Shown: piece by piece, positions 27,578 through 40,044 of the stretch
Position numbering within the stretch: position 1 is the stretch's first letter
Layout of the letters: each line of letters opens with the position of its first letter
Assembly (NCBI GenBank): GCA_964016885.1
Contig: CAXHJY010000940.1
Coordinates: forward strand, 25,264-89,263
Source of the DNA: Eledone cirrhosa
Lineage: Eukaryota
Length of the DNA stretch: 64,000 nt
Direction: 5' to 3'
Notes under the pieces: model-generated
Databases searched by the model: none
Seen by the model: only the letters and a program-made list of their open reading frames with translations
Told to the model about the DNA's origin: nothing
Translations under genes and position numbers: made by a program

Positions 27578-28132
27578 TAACAAAGGAATTGTGGTAAGGA
27601 GTCAGATGGACCATAACGCACCAGAGTACTCAATACTTAGGGTAGTAGAGTGAGAAATAGGAAAAAGTATGACCCCGACGGCAGAGCTCAAGCGTTTCGA
27701 CGGCTATTTCTGGACTAAATTAGAATTTTTAGCCTGGTAAATAAATAGCCGAACTTGTCAAGGGGGTACTTCCTTATATGGGAAGATTGTAGTTGTAAAG
27801 AGGATTGGTTAAAATTTGTTGTAAACACAAATAAGTCTATCATGGCATATACATATACATATTACTTTCAACGCTTGACCGCACCACTTACTCCCCTATT
27901 GTTCTACAGGCAAGTTCAGCCACCCCTACCTCCCACCAAATGCCATGATAGACTTATTTGTGTTTACAACAAATTTTAACCAATCCTCTTGACAACTACA
28001 ATCTTCCCATATAAGGAAGTACCCTCTTGACAAGTTCGGCTATTTATTTACCAGGCTAAAAATTCTAATTTAGTCCAGAAATAGCCGTCGAAACGGCTTG
28101 AGCTCTGCCGTCGGGGTCATACTTTTTCCTAT
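27578..28132. mobile_element. Family A fold-back element (inverted arms of about 190 bp around a 90-bp spacer) in (TA)n
   Basis: 27657-27848 is a near-perfect reverse complement of 27940-28131. The left arm extends further, to the family 3' end at 27578. Confidence 0.85.
28021..28117 (+). ncRNA. Full type-I hammerhead with U3-A8 core and GUC site (family A); mirror copy at 27672-27767 (-)
   Basis: CCTC-TTGACAA-g..CGGCTATTT...AAATAGCCG.tc-GAAA-CGGC ttgagctct GCCG-TC-GGGG. Predicted cleavage is after C28112. Confidence 0.7.
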
Positions 28133-28285
28133 ATCTATATATATATAACGAAGGAAGTGTGGTAAGGAACCAGGTGCACCATACATAACGCACCAGCGTA
28201 CTCAATACTTAGGGTAGTAGAGTGGGTAATAGGGAAATGTTCAAGACCCTGACGGCAGAGTTCAAGCCGTTATACATATATAAAT

Positions 28286-28335
28286 GTGATGAATGAAGAC
28301 AGATATAAATATCTGTCTTCAAGAAACCACTGGTA
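28286..28335 (+). ncRNA. 5'-damaged hammerhead-like motif
   Basis: gTGATGA-A-TGAAGACAGATAT aa ATATCTGTCTTCA-A-GAAA-CCACTGG-TA: 13-bp stem II, with the 5' strand of stem I missing. Confidence 0.5.
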
Positions 28336-28367
28336 AATGAAATAATTATCTTATGTTGTTTATTACA

Positions 28368-28410
<43 letters not shown>

Positions 28411-28449
28411 GTTTACATATATATATATATATATATAGATATATATATA

Positions 28450-28645
28450 TAGGAACAAGTAAGACCCCGACGGCTGAGCTCAAGCCGTTTCGACGGCTAA
28501 TTCTGGACCAGAATTAGCCGTCGAAACGGCTTGAGCTCAGCCGTCGGGGTCTTACTTGTTCCTATTACCCACTCTACTACCCTAAGTATTGAGTACTTTG
28601 GTGCGTTATAGTCCACCTGGTTCCTTACCACATTTCCTTCGTTAT
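28450..28645. mobile_element. Family A fold-back; further copies at 10519-10612, 13733-13868, 28146-28271, 46338-46515 and 58394-58577
   Basis: A palindrome of about 55-bp arms centred near 28507, then the tail ...TTGAGTACTTTGGTGCGTTATAGTCCACCTGG...CGTTA-(TA)n. Confidence 0.8.
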
Positions 28646-28736
28646 ATATATATATATATATATATATATACGTGTTTTGCAACGGGTCACTTTGTGGCTC
28701 AATGGAAAGTTAATAAATTAAATAATCAGAGCTATA

Positions 28737-29027
28737 TATCGTAAAACATGTCTATAGAATCACCAGATAAATGTGTTCACTTTTCTCCTAGTTTATTTTA
28801 CACCTAATTCTGTTTAATTAACTGTATATCTGGGCGATTACGCTGTCGAAATATTCGATAAATATTCCATCGCAGCCGGCGCGAAGGGGCTGGTTTCGGT
28901 TATTTGTTGGAGATTTCTTCATAGAAGCCTTATTCTTATAGCTTGGTCTATTCGATTTTTTATATGGTTAAGTATGCTAATTGGATATGGTATATATTTT
29001 ATCTGGTGATTCTATAGACATGTTTTA

Positions 29028-29031
<4 letters not shown>
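28737..29031 (+). mobile_element. TA-flanked element with 35-bp inverted ends; second one-ended copy at 46017-46256 (-)
   Basis: TATCGTAAAACATGTCTATAGAATCACCAGATAAA at the left and its reverse complement at the right. 46017-46256 is a near-identical reverse complement of 28797-29031. Confidence 0.75.
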
Positions 29032-29078
<47 letters not shown>

Positions 29079-29261
29079 CTTACTGTACTTTCCTACACAC
29101 ATCAATTCCTTGCAATCTATCTGTTATTCATTCAGTTTCTGTTTTCTCACTCTTACCTTTATTCACTCTCCCTATCCTTCTTTCGTTATTTCTTTCTTTC
29201 TTTCATTCAGTCTCTCTCTTTCTTTCTTTCTTTCTCTCTCCCTCTTATTTTATTCAATCTC

Positions 29262-29329
<68 letters not shown>

Positions 29330-29434
29330 ACCTCCTCTCCGCACTCTCACTCCTCCCTCCCTTGTCCCTCTCTCCTCAACCTCACTCCCTCCCTCCATCT
29401 CTCTCTTCCCTCTCTCCACTCCTCTTTAAAGTGT

Positions 29435-29488
<54 letters not shown>

Positions 29489-29549
29489 GCCAGACTACAT
29501 TGGACAGTTATTGATTTTTCTTCTTCAGTATTGATACACTGAAGAAGAG

Positions 29550-29850
29550 TAACAGTCAATAACAACAACAACAGCAGCAACTGCCACAGCAACAATAACA
29601 ACAACAACAGCAGCAACTGCCACAGCAACAATAACAACAACAACAGCAGCAATTGCCACAGCAACTATAACAACAACAACTAGAACAACAATAACAGCAA
29701 CAATTTCCACCACCACCACAACAACAACAGTAGCAACAGCCACAACAACAGCAGCCACAACAACATCTTCCACCACAACATCAACAACAACAGCCACAAC
29801 AAAAACAGCCACAACAACATCAACAACAGCCACAACAACAACAACAACAG
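29550..29850. repeat. Degenerate (CAA/CAG)n trinucleotide tract
   Basis: Direct inspection. It contains a 33-bp higher-order unit three times. Confidence 0.9.
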
Positions 29851-29949
29851 CTTATCAACGACGTTTCCGAAAGGGAGTAAAGAGAGTGGACGTTTGGTCC
29901 TTACTTTCAGTTCTATTTTGTTCAGTTAATCTCTCTTCTAGTCGAAACA

Positions 29950-30052
<103 letters not shown>

Positions 30053-30125
30053 ATCGTAAGTAAGAAGTGGATGTCGTTGTTGTCTACGGTAAATTATGAA
30101 CTCCGAGGAGAGCGGTGATGGACTG

Positions 30126-30499
30126 CAGACCTGTCAACTCTCCCCGTCCGACGGGGAGATTTCCCACCCACGTTAAGGTGGGTAAGAGATGTCTTCTCTT
30201 GTGAAAATGGGTATAGCTTTCATTATGTTAAATTTCCCCATTTTGTCATATTTCTTCCCGTTTGGGGGCACTATTTTTCTTGGCAGTATCGGTAGAGGGT
30301 CGGACGCCATGTTTTCCAGCATAGTTACGTCCATTTACGGTCTGAGTTCAAATCCCGTCGAGGTTAACTTTGCCTTTCATCCTTACAGGGTCGATAAAAT
30401 AAAGTACCAGTAATGTACTGGGTAATTGCTGGCCAAAAGTAGAAACAACTATTTTTCATGGTACTCCCCATTTTGGGTTTTTAGAGGTTGGCAGGTCTG
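30126..30499. mobile_element. hAT-like MITE with nested SINE (30280-30450)
   Basis: TIRs CAGACCTGTCAAC / GTTGGCAGGTCTG, with flanks GGACTG / GAACTG. Confidence 0.55.
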
Positions 30500-31173
30500 G
30501 AACTGTGTCGGTAACAGTAGGCCTAAAGAAGAATTTGATAGTTTCAAATGGCACGGGGAACAAAAAAAAGTTTCAGGTTGTTGTCCTTGGTCAAGAAACA
30601 AAGGAAGAAAAAGTGGTTTTGTCGATCTGGGCTATAATCTAGTAAAATAGTTAATGTTTAGCTCCAGGTCAGCTTTGATAGAGTAGTCTCATGAATGGTC
30701 AAAGATATTCAAGACAGGACAACATTATCTAATGTATCCTTCCCTTCTTTTTAAAAACGAGAGCTAGCTGCATGTGATTTGAGGGAGATTTAACTGTTAT
30801 GTCTAGCACGTAGAACTGCTCTGATAACTCGTACAGCATGTTCTTTTCTCATGTAGGTAGCATTTGACATTTCAGACGAATGTTTCTGGATGAAAAACAG
30901 GCATGACGTGTGTCAGTTGTCTCCGACAATGCGATAAAATGGCGGTAATCTTAGCCGAGAGTGATTTAAACCACCTCGAGTGGTCCTCGCGTTTATTTGA
31001 AATCACACTGAAGTAACTCTCTCTCTCTCTCCCTCTCCCTCTCTCTCTCTCTCCCTCTCACCCTCTCTCTCTCTCTCTGTATATTTATGTACATACATAT
31101 ATATATATCAAAGTGACATTATTGAAAAAATGAGGGACAATTCTTTTAAAAAAGAGTTTTATAAAGTATATAA

Positions 31174-31222
31174 AGTATTACCGGTTTCGATATATTAGTA
31201 AAATTCATCTTATCAAATGTTG
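31174..31222 (-). ncRNA. Decayed hammerhead-like motif with U3-A8 core
   Basis: Reverse complement: AT-TTGATAA-GAT...ATC-GAAA-CCGG-TA-AT. Only 2 bp of stem I remain. Confidence 0.45.
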
Positions 31223-31694
31223 AGTATCACAATTAAAAAGAATTAATAAGAATTAAAAACTAAAAACTAAAAATCAAAAATTAAAAATTAAGTGTTGAGG
31301 CAAGTTTTTTCATCTTCCTTGTTGAGAAGGAGACTGGAAAAATAAACTCTTGTGTATATAGAGAGAGAGGTGTCGTCATGGTAGTAGTAGCAGCAGTGGT
31401 GGTAGGTGTGTTTTTGCACACAGAACAAAATTGTTTTTAGGGAAAAGGATATATATAAAATTATGTATGTATGTATGTATGTATGTATGTATGTATGTAT
31501 GTATGTATGTATGTATGTATGTACACTATGTATGTACTAGGAATTTCTCGAGTCGATTTATCTGGAAAAGTCTGATCAACACCCAATGATACACGAAATG
31601 AATTCTTTGTTTCAGAGTGGCAATTGATTAATTATTCGATTTTGAAATGGTTGTGGAGACATGGCAAAGACAACGTGTGGACCTCATACAAAAG

Positions 31695-31743
<49 letters not shown>

Positions 31744-31809
31744 ATACACAGGAATAGATGTAAACATGGAGAGACACTAAAAACAAGATCTAATGATATA
31801 GACATAACA

Positions 31810-32388
31810 CAGTGTTTCTCAACTGGTGTTCCCCAGAACCCTAGGGTTCTACAACAAGTCACTAGGAGTTCCGCGAGAATCAGTGATAAATAAGCTAAAT
31901 TATTTTTGAGTAATTTTTGTTAATTTTATATTCGTAATTTTACTGTACACACATGGCATATTGTTGGAAAACCCTTGGTTATTATAATAAAGGCTTCAAG
32001 GGTGGTGGATTGGCAGTATCGGTAGAGGGTCGGACGCCATGCTTTGCAGCATAGAATTATGGTCCTTTATGATCTGAGTTCAAATCCCGCCGAGGTTAAC
32101 TTTGCCTTTCATCCTTACGGAGTCGATAAATTAAAGTACCAGTCACGCACTGGGGTCGACTTAATAGACTTTCCCATCCCCCAAAATTGCTGGCCTTGTG
32201 ACTATATAAGAAAGGCAAAGTTAACCTCGGCAGGATTTGAACTCAGATCATAAAGGGCCGTAACACTCTGCTGCAAAGCATGGCGTCCGCCCCTCTACCG
32301 ATACTGCCAATCCACTATAATAACTTTTATGCAGGGGTTAAAACTATTTTAAGGGTTCCAGAAAGGTAAAAAAGGTTGAGAGACGCTG
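31810..32388. mobile_element. hAT-type MITE with a nested inverted SINE pair
   Basis: TIRs CAGTGTTTCTCAAC / GTTGAGAGACGCTG, TSD ACATAACA / ATATAACA. Confidence 0.75.
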
Positions 32389-33450
32389 ATATAACATATG
32401 TACATTGTCCGTACCGAATCTCCGGACTACGTCGCTGTCTTTGTCAGTCAACGACCATCAATTGAAATCTTAACTATAATAAAGTAAGGAGTGCGGGACT
32501 GCATCCAGAAAATATTTCTTTACCCCGTTAGTAAAATAAGTTGGATTACTTTGAATAAATAGTTGTTTCTACTTTTTGGCACAAGGCCAGCAATTACCCA
32601 GTGCATTACTGGTACTTTATTTTATCGACCCCGTAAGGATGAAAGGCAAAGTTAACCTCGGCGGGATTTGAACTCAGAATGGCAAGGGCCATAACTCTAT
32701 GCGTCAAAGCATGGCGTCCGACCCTCTTGCGATACTGCCAATCCAGAATAAATAATGAATGAATATTACACAATTTATGTGCTAAATTTCGTGGCTGTTG
32801 ATTAAATATATTTTATAGCTAATTTAAAGATCTTTAAAATTCACTTCTTTAACATTTTCAAATGTCAACACTTCCGGTTAGCGGCCGTTATATTATAACA
32901 CATATAAAAATATTGCATATATTTCCGTCGCTAATTTTCTCCTCATGCAGTGTATATATAATATCGTCTTTTTTTAAATGTATCATGGATTACGTTACTG
33001 ATTACATAAGACAGTGTAACATAGACTCCGTTCAATTTCTGTGTATATAGTCAATTACGATTTTATTTGATGTATCATATCTACATGCATATATATTTGT
33101 GTATAATATCAATATACACACTACACATGCGAGTAGAAAACCACCAGTTGGGTGGTTTTTCTGCTAGTATATGTAAGAGAACTTTATGTAGTATACGCTT
33201 GTTTGTGTATAGCACGAAACGACCATAATGTACCGGAAAACCCGGAAAAAATCGAATATGCTCTTATGAACTGTTTACAAAGCAAAATAACGACTGCTAC
33301 AGGTCATGAACTATTACAAGAAGTTACGAATGTGTGTGAATATAGTATATGAAAGTGAATATATCTTACAGTTAGACTGAGAATTAGTGAGAGCATTCAA
33401 TAAAAATGAAACATTAAGCTTTGAGCTATTACTTGTTTACTTATGTACTC

Positions 33451-33482
<32 letters not shown>

Positions 33483-34493
33483 CATGTGTGAGTGTACATG
33501 TGTGTGTGAACGTGTGTATGAGCAAATGTTATATATAAATATTGATTCTAATTTAGGCAGATGGCCAGAAGCTATTTCTTGGGAGGAAGGAAAAGGCAAA
33601 TTAAATGCTTAATTAAATCAACTCCAGTACTTGACTGCTACTTTATTTTATCGACCTCGGAAAGACGAAAAGCAAAGTTCCCTCAGTGGGATTTGAACCC
33701 AGAATATAAAGAGAGAAAGAACAAACACTCCATTGGCATTTTATCCGACGCTTTACCAATTCTGCCAATACAACACCCTTATCTTATATATGAATATTTC
33801 TAACTTAGGTACAAGGCCAGCAAATCTTTTTTTTTATGAATGAAAGATTATTTTAGGGATGAGAATAGGTCATATGCTGACCTCAGAAATAATTATATTT
33901 GTTCATTGAATAAAACCAACAAAGATTTAATATAGTAGGTTTGTTTGGGAACAGGTTTTGAATTAACCAATAGAAAGGTAATAATTGGCCAAATGGTAAA
34001 ATAGTAGTAATTGAAAATTATTTTGGGGTAGCAGAAGGCAGATTTCAGTTTTGAATGGAAGGAGTATGAAGAATGAAAAGTTTATTTTAAAATAGGTTAG
34101 GTCAGTAAAAGGTAACACGAAAAGTTGCTGTTATAAAGGAATAATGCCAATGTAAATATCTAAGGAGACTAAAATTTTACGATAAAAGTGTTAGTGAAAA
34201 AAATATATATGGAATTTACATCTATGAAAAGAATATAAATTAATTTAATTGATGGGTATATTTATATTGATAAAATTATATTAATGCATATAGATATGAT
34301 AAATAATCTTTCATTCATAATATTCTTTCCATCCTAAACTGAAATCTACCTTCCTCTACCCATAAATTAAGGTTCTTTTACTACTATATTACTATCTTGA
34401 CCTTCACTATCTTTCTATTGGTCATTTCAAAACCTGTTCCCAAACAGACCTATTGTATTAAATCTTTGTTGGTTTTTTCAATAAACAAATATA

Positions 34494-34627
34494 ATTATTT
34501 CTGAAGACAGCATATATATGTGTAGGTATGTATACTCCCTCTGATAGTTTGTAAAAATTTTACATAGATCTATAGGATATGCATACCAACACTAACATAT
34601 ATATCCTAGAAACGATCGTAAAATGGT
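34494..34627 (+). ncRNA. Hammerhead with extended (101 nt) stem II, diverged homolog of 20836
   Basis: ATTATTT-CTGAAGA-[hairpin 34508-34608]-GAAA-CGATCG-TA-AAATGGT. Confidence 0.72.
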
Positions 34628-35156
34628 GAATTTTTTAATATAAGGAACTGTTTCTTTGTTTATTCATTATTTTATTAATTTATAATTATATATATATAAT
34701 TATATATATAATTATATATATAATTATATATATATAATTATATATATATAATTATATATATATAATTATATATATATAATTATATATATAATTATATATA
34801 TATATAATTATATATATAATTATATATATAATTACATATATAATTATATATATAAATATATATAATTACATATATAATTATATATATATATAATTATATA
34901 TATATAATTATATATATAATTATATATATATAATTATATATATATAATTATATATATATAATTATATATATAATTATATATATATAATTATATATATATA
35001 TAATTATATATATATATAATTATATATATATATAATTATATATATATAATTATATATATAATTATATATATATATATATATAATTATATATACATATATT
35101 ATTATATATATAATTATATATATAATTATATATACATATATAATTATATATATATA

Positions 35157-35613
35157 ATACAGCAGCACAGACTCCACTACAGCAATGAAGAGGCGGATTT
35201 TCAGGTCTCTACGAAGGTCCGACTTCCACACCGATCTCAAGCTGTGGCACGCCGCCCAGGCCTTGCTCTTCCTCTCAACCACATCATCTTCCGTATTCCC
35301 AATCTTTGCTCCCAAATACAGGAAGTCGTCAACCAATTCCAGCGGCTTCCCGCCTACATTAGTGATCCCAACTGAGGTTGGCTGGACATGCTCACCGACA
35401 TCCAGAGTTGACATTGCACTCAGTGCTCCTTTGGGAGCCCCTACATGGACACACTAGAAGAGGAAGACCAAGGTTAACATATGTTGATGCCCTAAGGACA
35501 GACACTGGTCTGTTGGAGATGCAGGATATGGCAGCGATAATGAGGGACAGAGACCGCTGGAGAGAACTCGTTCATGGATCTCGGGAATTTTACCCGCCTT
35601 AGATAGATAGATA
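35157..35613 (+). mobile_element. RTE-clade LINE of the same young family, 5'-truncated with inversion
   Basis: 35157-35369 is the reverse complement of 53386-53597. 35371-35602 encodes the C-terminus LAGHAHRHPE...RGRPRLTYVD...DRDRW, followed by a (TAGA)n tail. Confidence 0.92.
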
Positions 35614-36119
35614 TATATAATTATATATATATATATATATAATTATATATAATTATATATATATATAATTATATATATATATATAATTATATATATATAT
35701 ATAATTATATATATAATTATATATATATAATTATATATATATAATTATATATATATATATATATAATTATATATATATATATATATATAATTATATATAT
35801 AATTATATATATATACGGAAAAAATGAAACGAAATTTCATTTCCCACTCTTAGTACGGCTGTTACTTATATGTATGTACGTGTACATACTTATATATATA
35901 TATAATTATATATATATATATAATTATATTTATATATATATATAATTATTGTTTCTACTTTTGGCACAAGGCCAGCAATTACCCACTGCATTACTGGTAC
36001 TTTATTTCATCGACCCCGTGAGGATGAAAGGCAAAGTTAACCTCGGCGGGATTTGAACTCAGAATGGCAAGGGACGTAACTCTATGCGTCAAAGCATGCC
36101 AATCCACCAAATATATATA

Positions 36120-36938
36120 CTAGCAGCAGTATCCAGCGTTGCCTGGGTAGGTAAAATAATATCTGCTTTGATGAAAAGGTGTTGATCTTAGCGACTGCTT
36201 CTCGATGACTCATCTATGGCCACACACAGGCCATGCAAGGAGGGTGGTGATGACCTCTATCACTGAGAAAAACGGGTGACTGACGAAGGGGCATGCTGGG
36301 GGAGGGAGGTAATGACCTCTAACACTAAGACAAATTTCCTCACGCTACTTGATTGGAAACCGATGAATTCTCAAATACACAACTAAAAGCTCAGACGATG
36401 TCAGTGGCCATCGTTTTGCCTTTGACCATCTATAAGATGTGCAATGATAGGTTCTATTGTAGTATAAAAGTTGAACCAAATAAATTGATTTATGTGTAAG
36501 GTGGAGCCGAGGTTTCGAATTTGAACGAATTCGCTTGTAAAATGTGGGAGCTAGAGTCGAAAAGGCGGAAATTTGAGCGAAAAGGTGGTATTTTCGAATA
36601 TTTAAGCAGCTGCCCTGAACAACAAATGCAAAATATAAAGCCATTACAGGATGTGCAATGATAAATTCTATTTTGCTTTAAAATTTGAACGAAATCGGTG
36701 GCAAAATGTGGGAGCTAGAGCTAAAAATCTTATTTTTCGATACCTAAAAGAAGGTGAACCCCCTATCGATTTTTATCTGACCCCGGAATAAAAAAAACAA
36801 CGATACGCTGTTATATAGAAAACACTCCCCAATGACTAATCTATGAGCCTGTAAAGTTTCATGAAAATCGGTCGTAAGATATAGGCCCCTATAGGTAATA
36901 CACAGACACACACATACTTAATTTTATATATATACAGA
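36120..36938 (-). mobile_element. Non-autonomous Helitron-like element
   Basis: The minus strand begins TC(TGTATATATATAAAA) and ends with hairpin CCAG gcaacg CTGG followed by CTAG. It is inserted between A and T with no TSD. Confidence 0.7.
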
Positions 36939-36958
36939 TGTATATATATAGATGAGTG

Positions 36959-37003
<45 letters not shown>

Positions 37004-37664
37004 ATTTACGTTACATTATGTATGTATGCATACATATACATACATACGTACACGTGAAGTGGGAATAATTGAGAGTAAATATATATATATATATATTTAT
37101 TTATTTACTTTCAATTATACTTAGTACACATATAACACACACATATATATATATTTAACTTTAACACTACACACACACATATATATATATTTAACTTTAC
37201 CACCACACACACACAAATGAAATACGTTTGATGTGTTTCACATTTTACCATTCCAGTTTGCATCATCATCAATTATTTCATGCAAAACATTCATATAAAA
37301 GAGCTCGGTGCAAATTGAATATTTCAGAAAAAAAACAACAACAAAAATGTAAGAGATGTAGGCAGAGGGACCTTTTCCATCCAATTTAAGATAGATAACA
37401 AAAAATATATATATTTATATTTATATTTCCTGAAATATCAGCTTCTCTATTTAATTGTGTGTGTGTGTGTGTATACACACACAGACATAAACACACACAC
37501 ACACACGCACACATATATATATTCACATACATTCATACATGTACATTGTGAAAGGATTTAGGCGGTCGCATAGTTTGCTAGAAATAGCACACACATTCTG
37601 TCGAATTACACATTACTGTTTAAAAAAGACCGAAGCGGGGAACTCTTTTCTTCCATTTTAAGAT

Positions 37665-37715
<51 letters not shown>

Positions 37716-37942
37716 TATGTGGTTGACGGCTGAGAGAAAGGAGTACTCAATACCGAAGTAGAGTTTCGATATTCGTTTTATTAAGGCTTAAATAGTGAGT
37801 AACGAGACTCACTATTTTGCTTTAATATATATATATATATATAAGTAGTTCCACAACAGTTAATTCACCATTGGGAAGTGAATTCTTCTGCACATGCGTA
37901 TTCGTACAATTGTTTTTCCTTTTCCGTACAATTTCATTTAAA

Positions 37943-37983
37943 CTGAGCCGATGATCCGACTAAGGTGAAACAATTGTTCTCGG
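37943..37983 (+). ncRNA. Minimal hammerhead, homolog of the 50193 copy
   Basis: CTGAG-CCGATGA-T.CC gactaa GG.T-GAAA-CAATTG-TT-CTCGG, with one core substitution. Flanks 37890-38005 resemble 50140-50250. Confidence 0.65.
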
Positions 37984-38739
37984 AAATGATGAATTAACTG
38001 TTGTAGAACTTCTACCAAACTCGTCCCATGGACTGAATGTTCTACTACTACGGATATAACACTCCAGTGTTCTACTATTATATCAATATATATATATATA
38101 TATGAATGTATGTATAGCATATTTTATAATATACTGTATGTTTAATTAAAAGTATTTTGAAGACCATTCGCTATGAATTTTAAAGTAGTGACTATGTCAC
38201 TTACTTATCCTCGGCAAAAACAAAGGGGAGTAATCGACAGTACTGTTTCTTGCTCGTTAGGAGTTATCAAAACTATTCATCCCTGCGCTTCCGCCGAGAA
38301 TTATAGAAGCTGGATTCTTATAGAATTCCAGTAATGTTTAAGAGCTGATTAAACAGAACGGTTGCTGGTCCAGCACAAATTAGGTATTAGTATTGGTGCT
38401 CTGAAATAGCGATGTATACATGAATGTATGTATGTATAGTATATTTGATAATTGCAAAGGTCAAATGTAGATATTCATAATTCCTTTATTCATAATAAGG
38501 AATCATGAATGCCACAGAAATATGTATTACGGTTGATTATGAAAAAAGGAATTATGAATATCTTATGTGGCCTTCGTAATTATCAATACATATATATATA
38601 TGGTTTGGCAAAGGTTTTTTTTTTTAATATGAAATCGTGTGTTGAAACAGACATTGTTATATTTGGGGAGGGTCATGTTGTTATAATATTGCCAGAAAAA
38701 TACAGTAAAATACAAACATATATATTCTCTTCATTACGG

Positions 38740-39362
38740 TTAATCAGGAGCTTGAGTCGTGTATTAATCAGGAGCTTGAGTCGTGTATTAATCAGGAGTT
38801 TGAGTCGTGTATTAATCAAGAGTTTGAGTTGTGTATTAATCAGGTGCTTGAGTCGTGTATTAATCAGGAGCTTGAGTCGTGTATTAATCAGGAGCTTGAG
38901 TCGTGTATTAATCAGGAGCTTGAGTCGTGTATTAATCAGGAGTTTGAGTCGTGTATTAATCAGGTGCTTGAGTCGTGTATTAATCAGGAGTTTGAGTCGT
39001 GTATTAATCAGGTGCTTGAGTCGTGTATTAATCAGGAGTTTGAGTCGTGTATTAATCAGGAGTTTGAGTCGTGTATTAATCAGGAGCTTGAGTCGTGTAT
39101 TAATCAGGAGCTTGAGTCGTGTATTATTCAGGAGTTTGAGTCGTGTATTAATCAGGAGCTTGAGTCGTGTATTAATCAGGAGCTTGAGTCGTGTATTAAT
39201 CAGGAGTTTGAGTCGTGTATTAATCAGGAGCTTGAGTCGTGTATTATTCAGGAGTTTGAGTCGTGTATTAATCAGGAGCTTGAGTCGTGTATTAATCAGG
39301 AGTTTGAGTCGTGTATTAATCAGGAGCTTGAGTCGTGTATTAATCAGGAGCTTGTGTCGTGT
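38740..39362. repeat. 24-bp minisatellite, about 26 copies (TAATCAGGAGCTTGAGTCGTGTAT)
   Basis: Directly visible head-to-tail array with few variants (C/T at one position, GGTG, TATTC). There are no spacers. Confidence 0.97.
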
Positions 39363-39796
39363 ATTCGTGTATAATGGAAATTCAGAGTAACAAGGCTCAA
39401 ACCTGGCCTGAACAAAGAAAATATTAATCTCTACTATGGTATTGATATACATACAGTCTCACACATACACACACACATACTGAAAGAGCAGTTTCTCCAT
39501 TTAATTATATATACATCCACATATATTCACATCATAGCTCAGAGAGGAGTGTCTAGCGACGGTCACATGGTTTGCTAGGAATAGCAGCCAAAATCTACAG
39601 TTTAAAAAAATAGTGAAGAAAGGATATACTAGCTAATGTAGTCTCAGATAAATAAAAACAATCTGGTTGGGCATTATTGGAATCTTTGAATATAGGTCTG
39701 CTCAACGAGGTCTAATTTGATGATACATTATAAGTTGCGCATAGGCATACACACACTCACACACACACACACACACACACAGACACAGACACACAC

Positions 39797-39829
<33 letters not shown>

Positions 39830-40008
39830 GTTATGTGCACCTATATATACATACAAACACACACGTACACAGACAAACACATGCTGACAGACAGACACAT
39901 AAACTTACGTAGATATAATCATACGTATACACATATACACACAGACAAGCCGTTAATTGGCTGTGATTCAACAATATTTAAATATCTGCCTATCTGTCGC
40001 CCCTTATA

Positions 40009-40044
<36 letters not shown>

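Noticed and set aside
29525-29850. Poly-Gln/Thr or poly-Val coding exon
   Set aside because: It is a degenerate CAA repeat, the Gln frame is interrupted by TAA, and there is no splice or domain support.
38740-39362. CRISPR-like array
   Set aside because: The units are contiguous with no unique spacers, the context is eukaryotic, and there are no cas genes.
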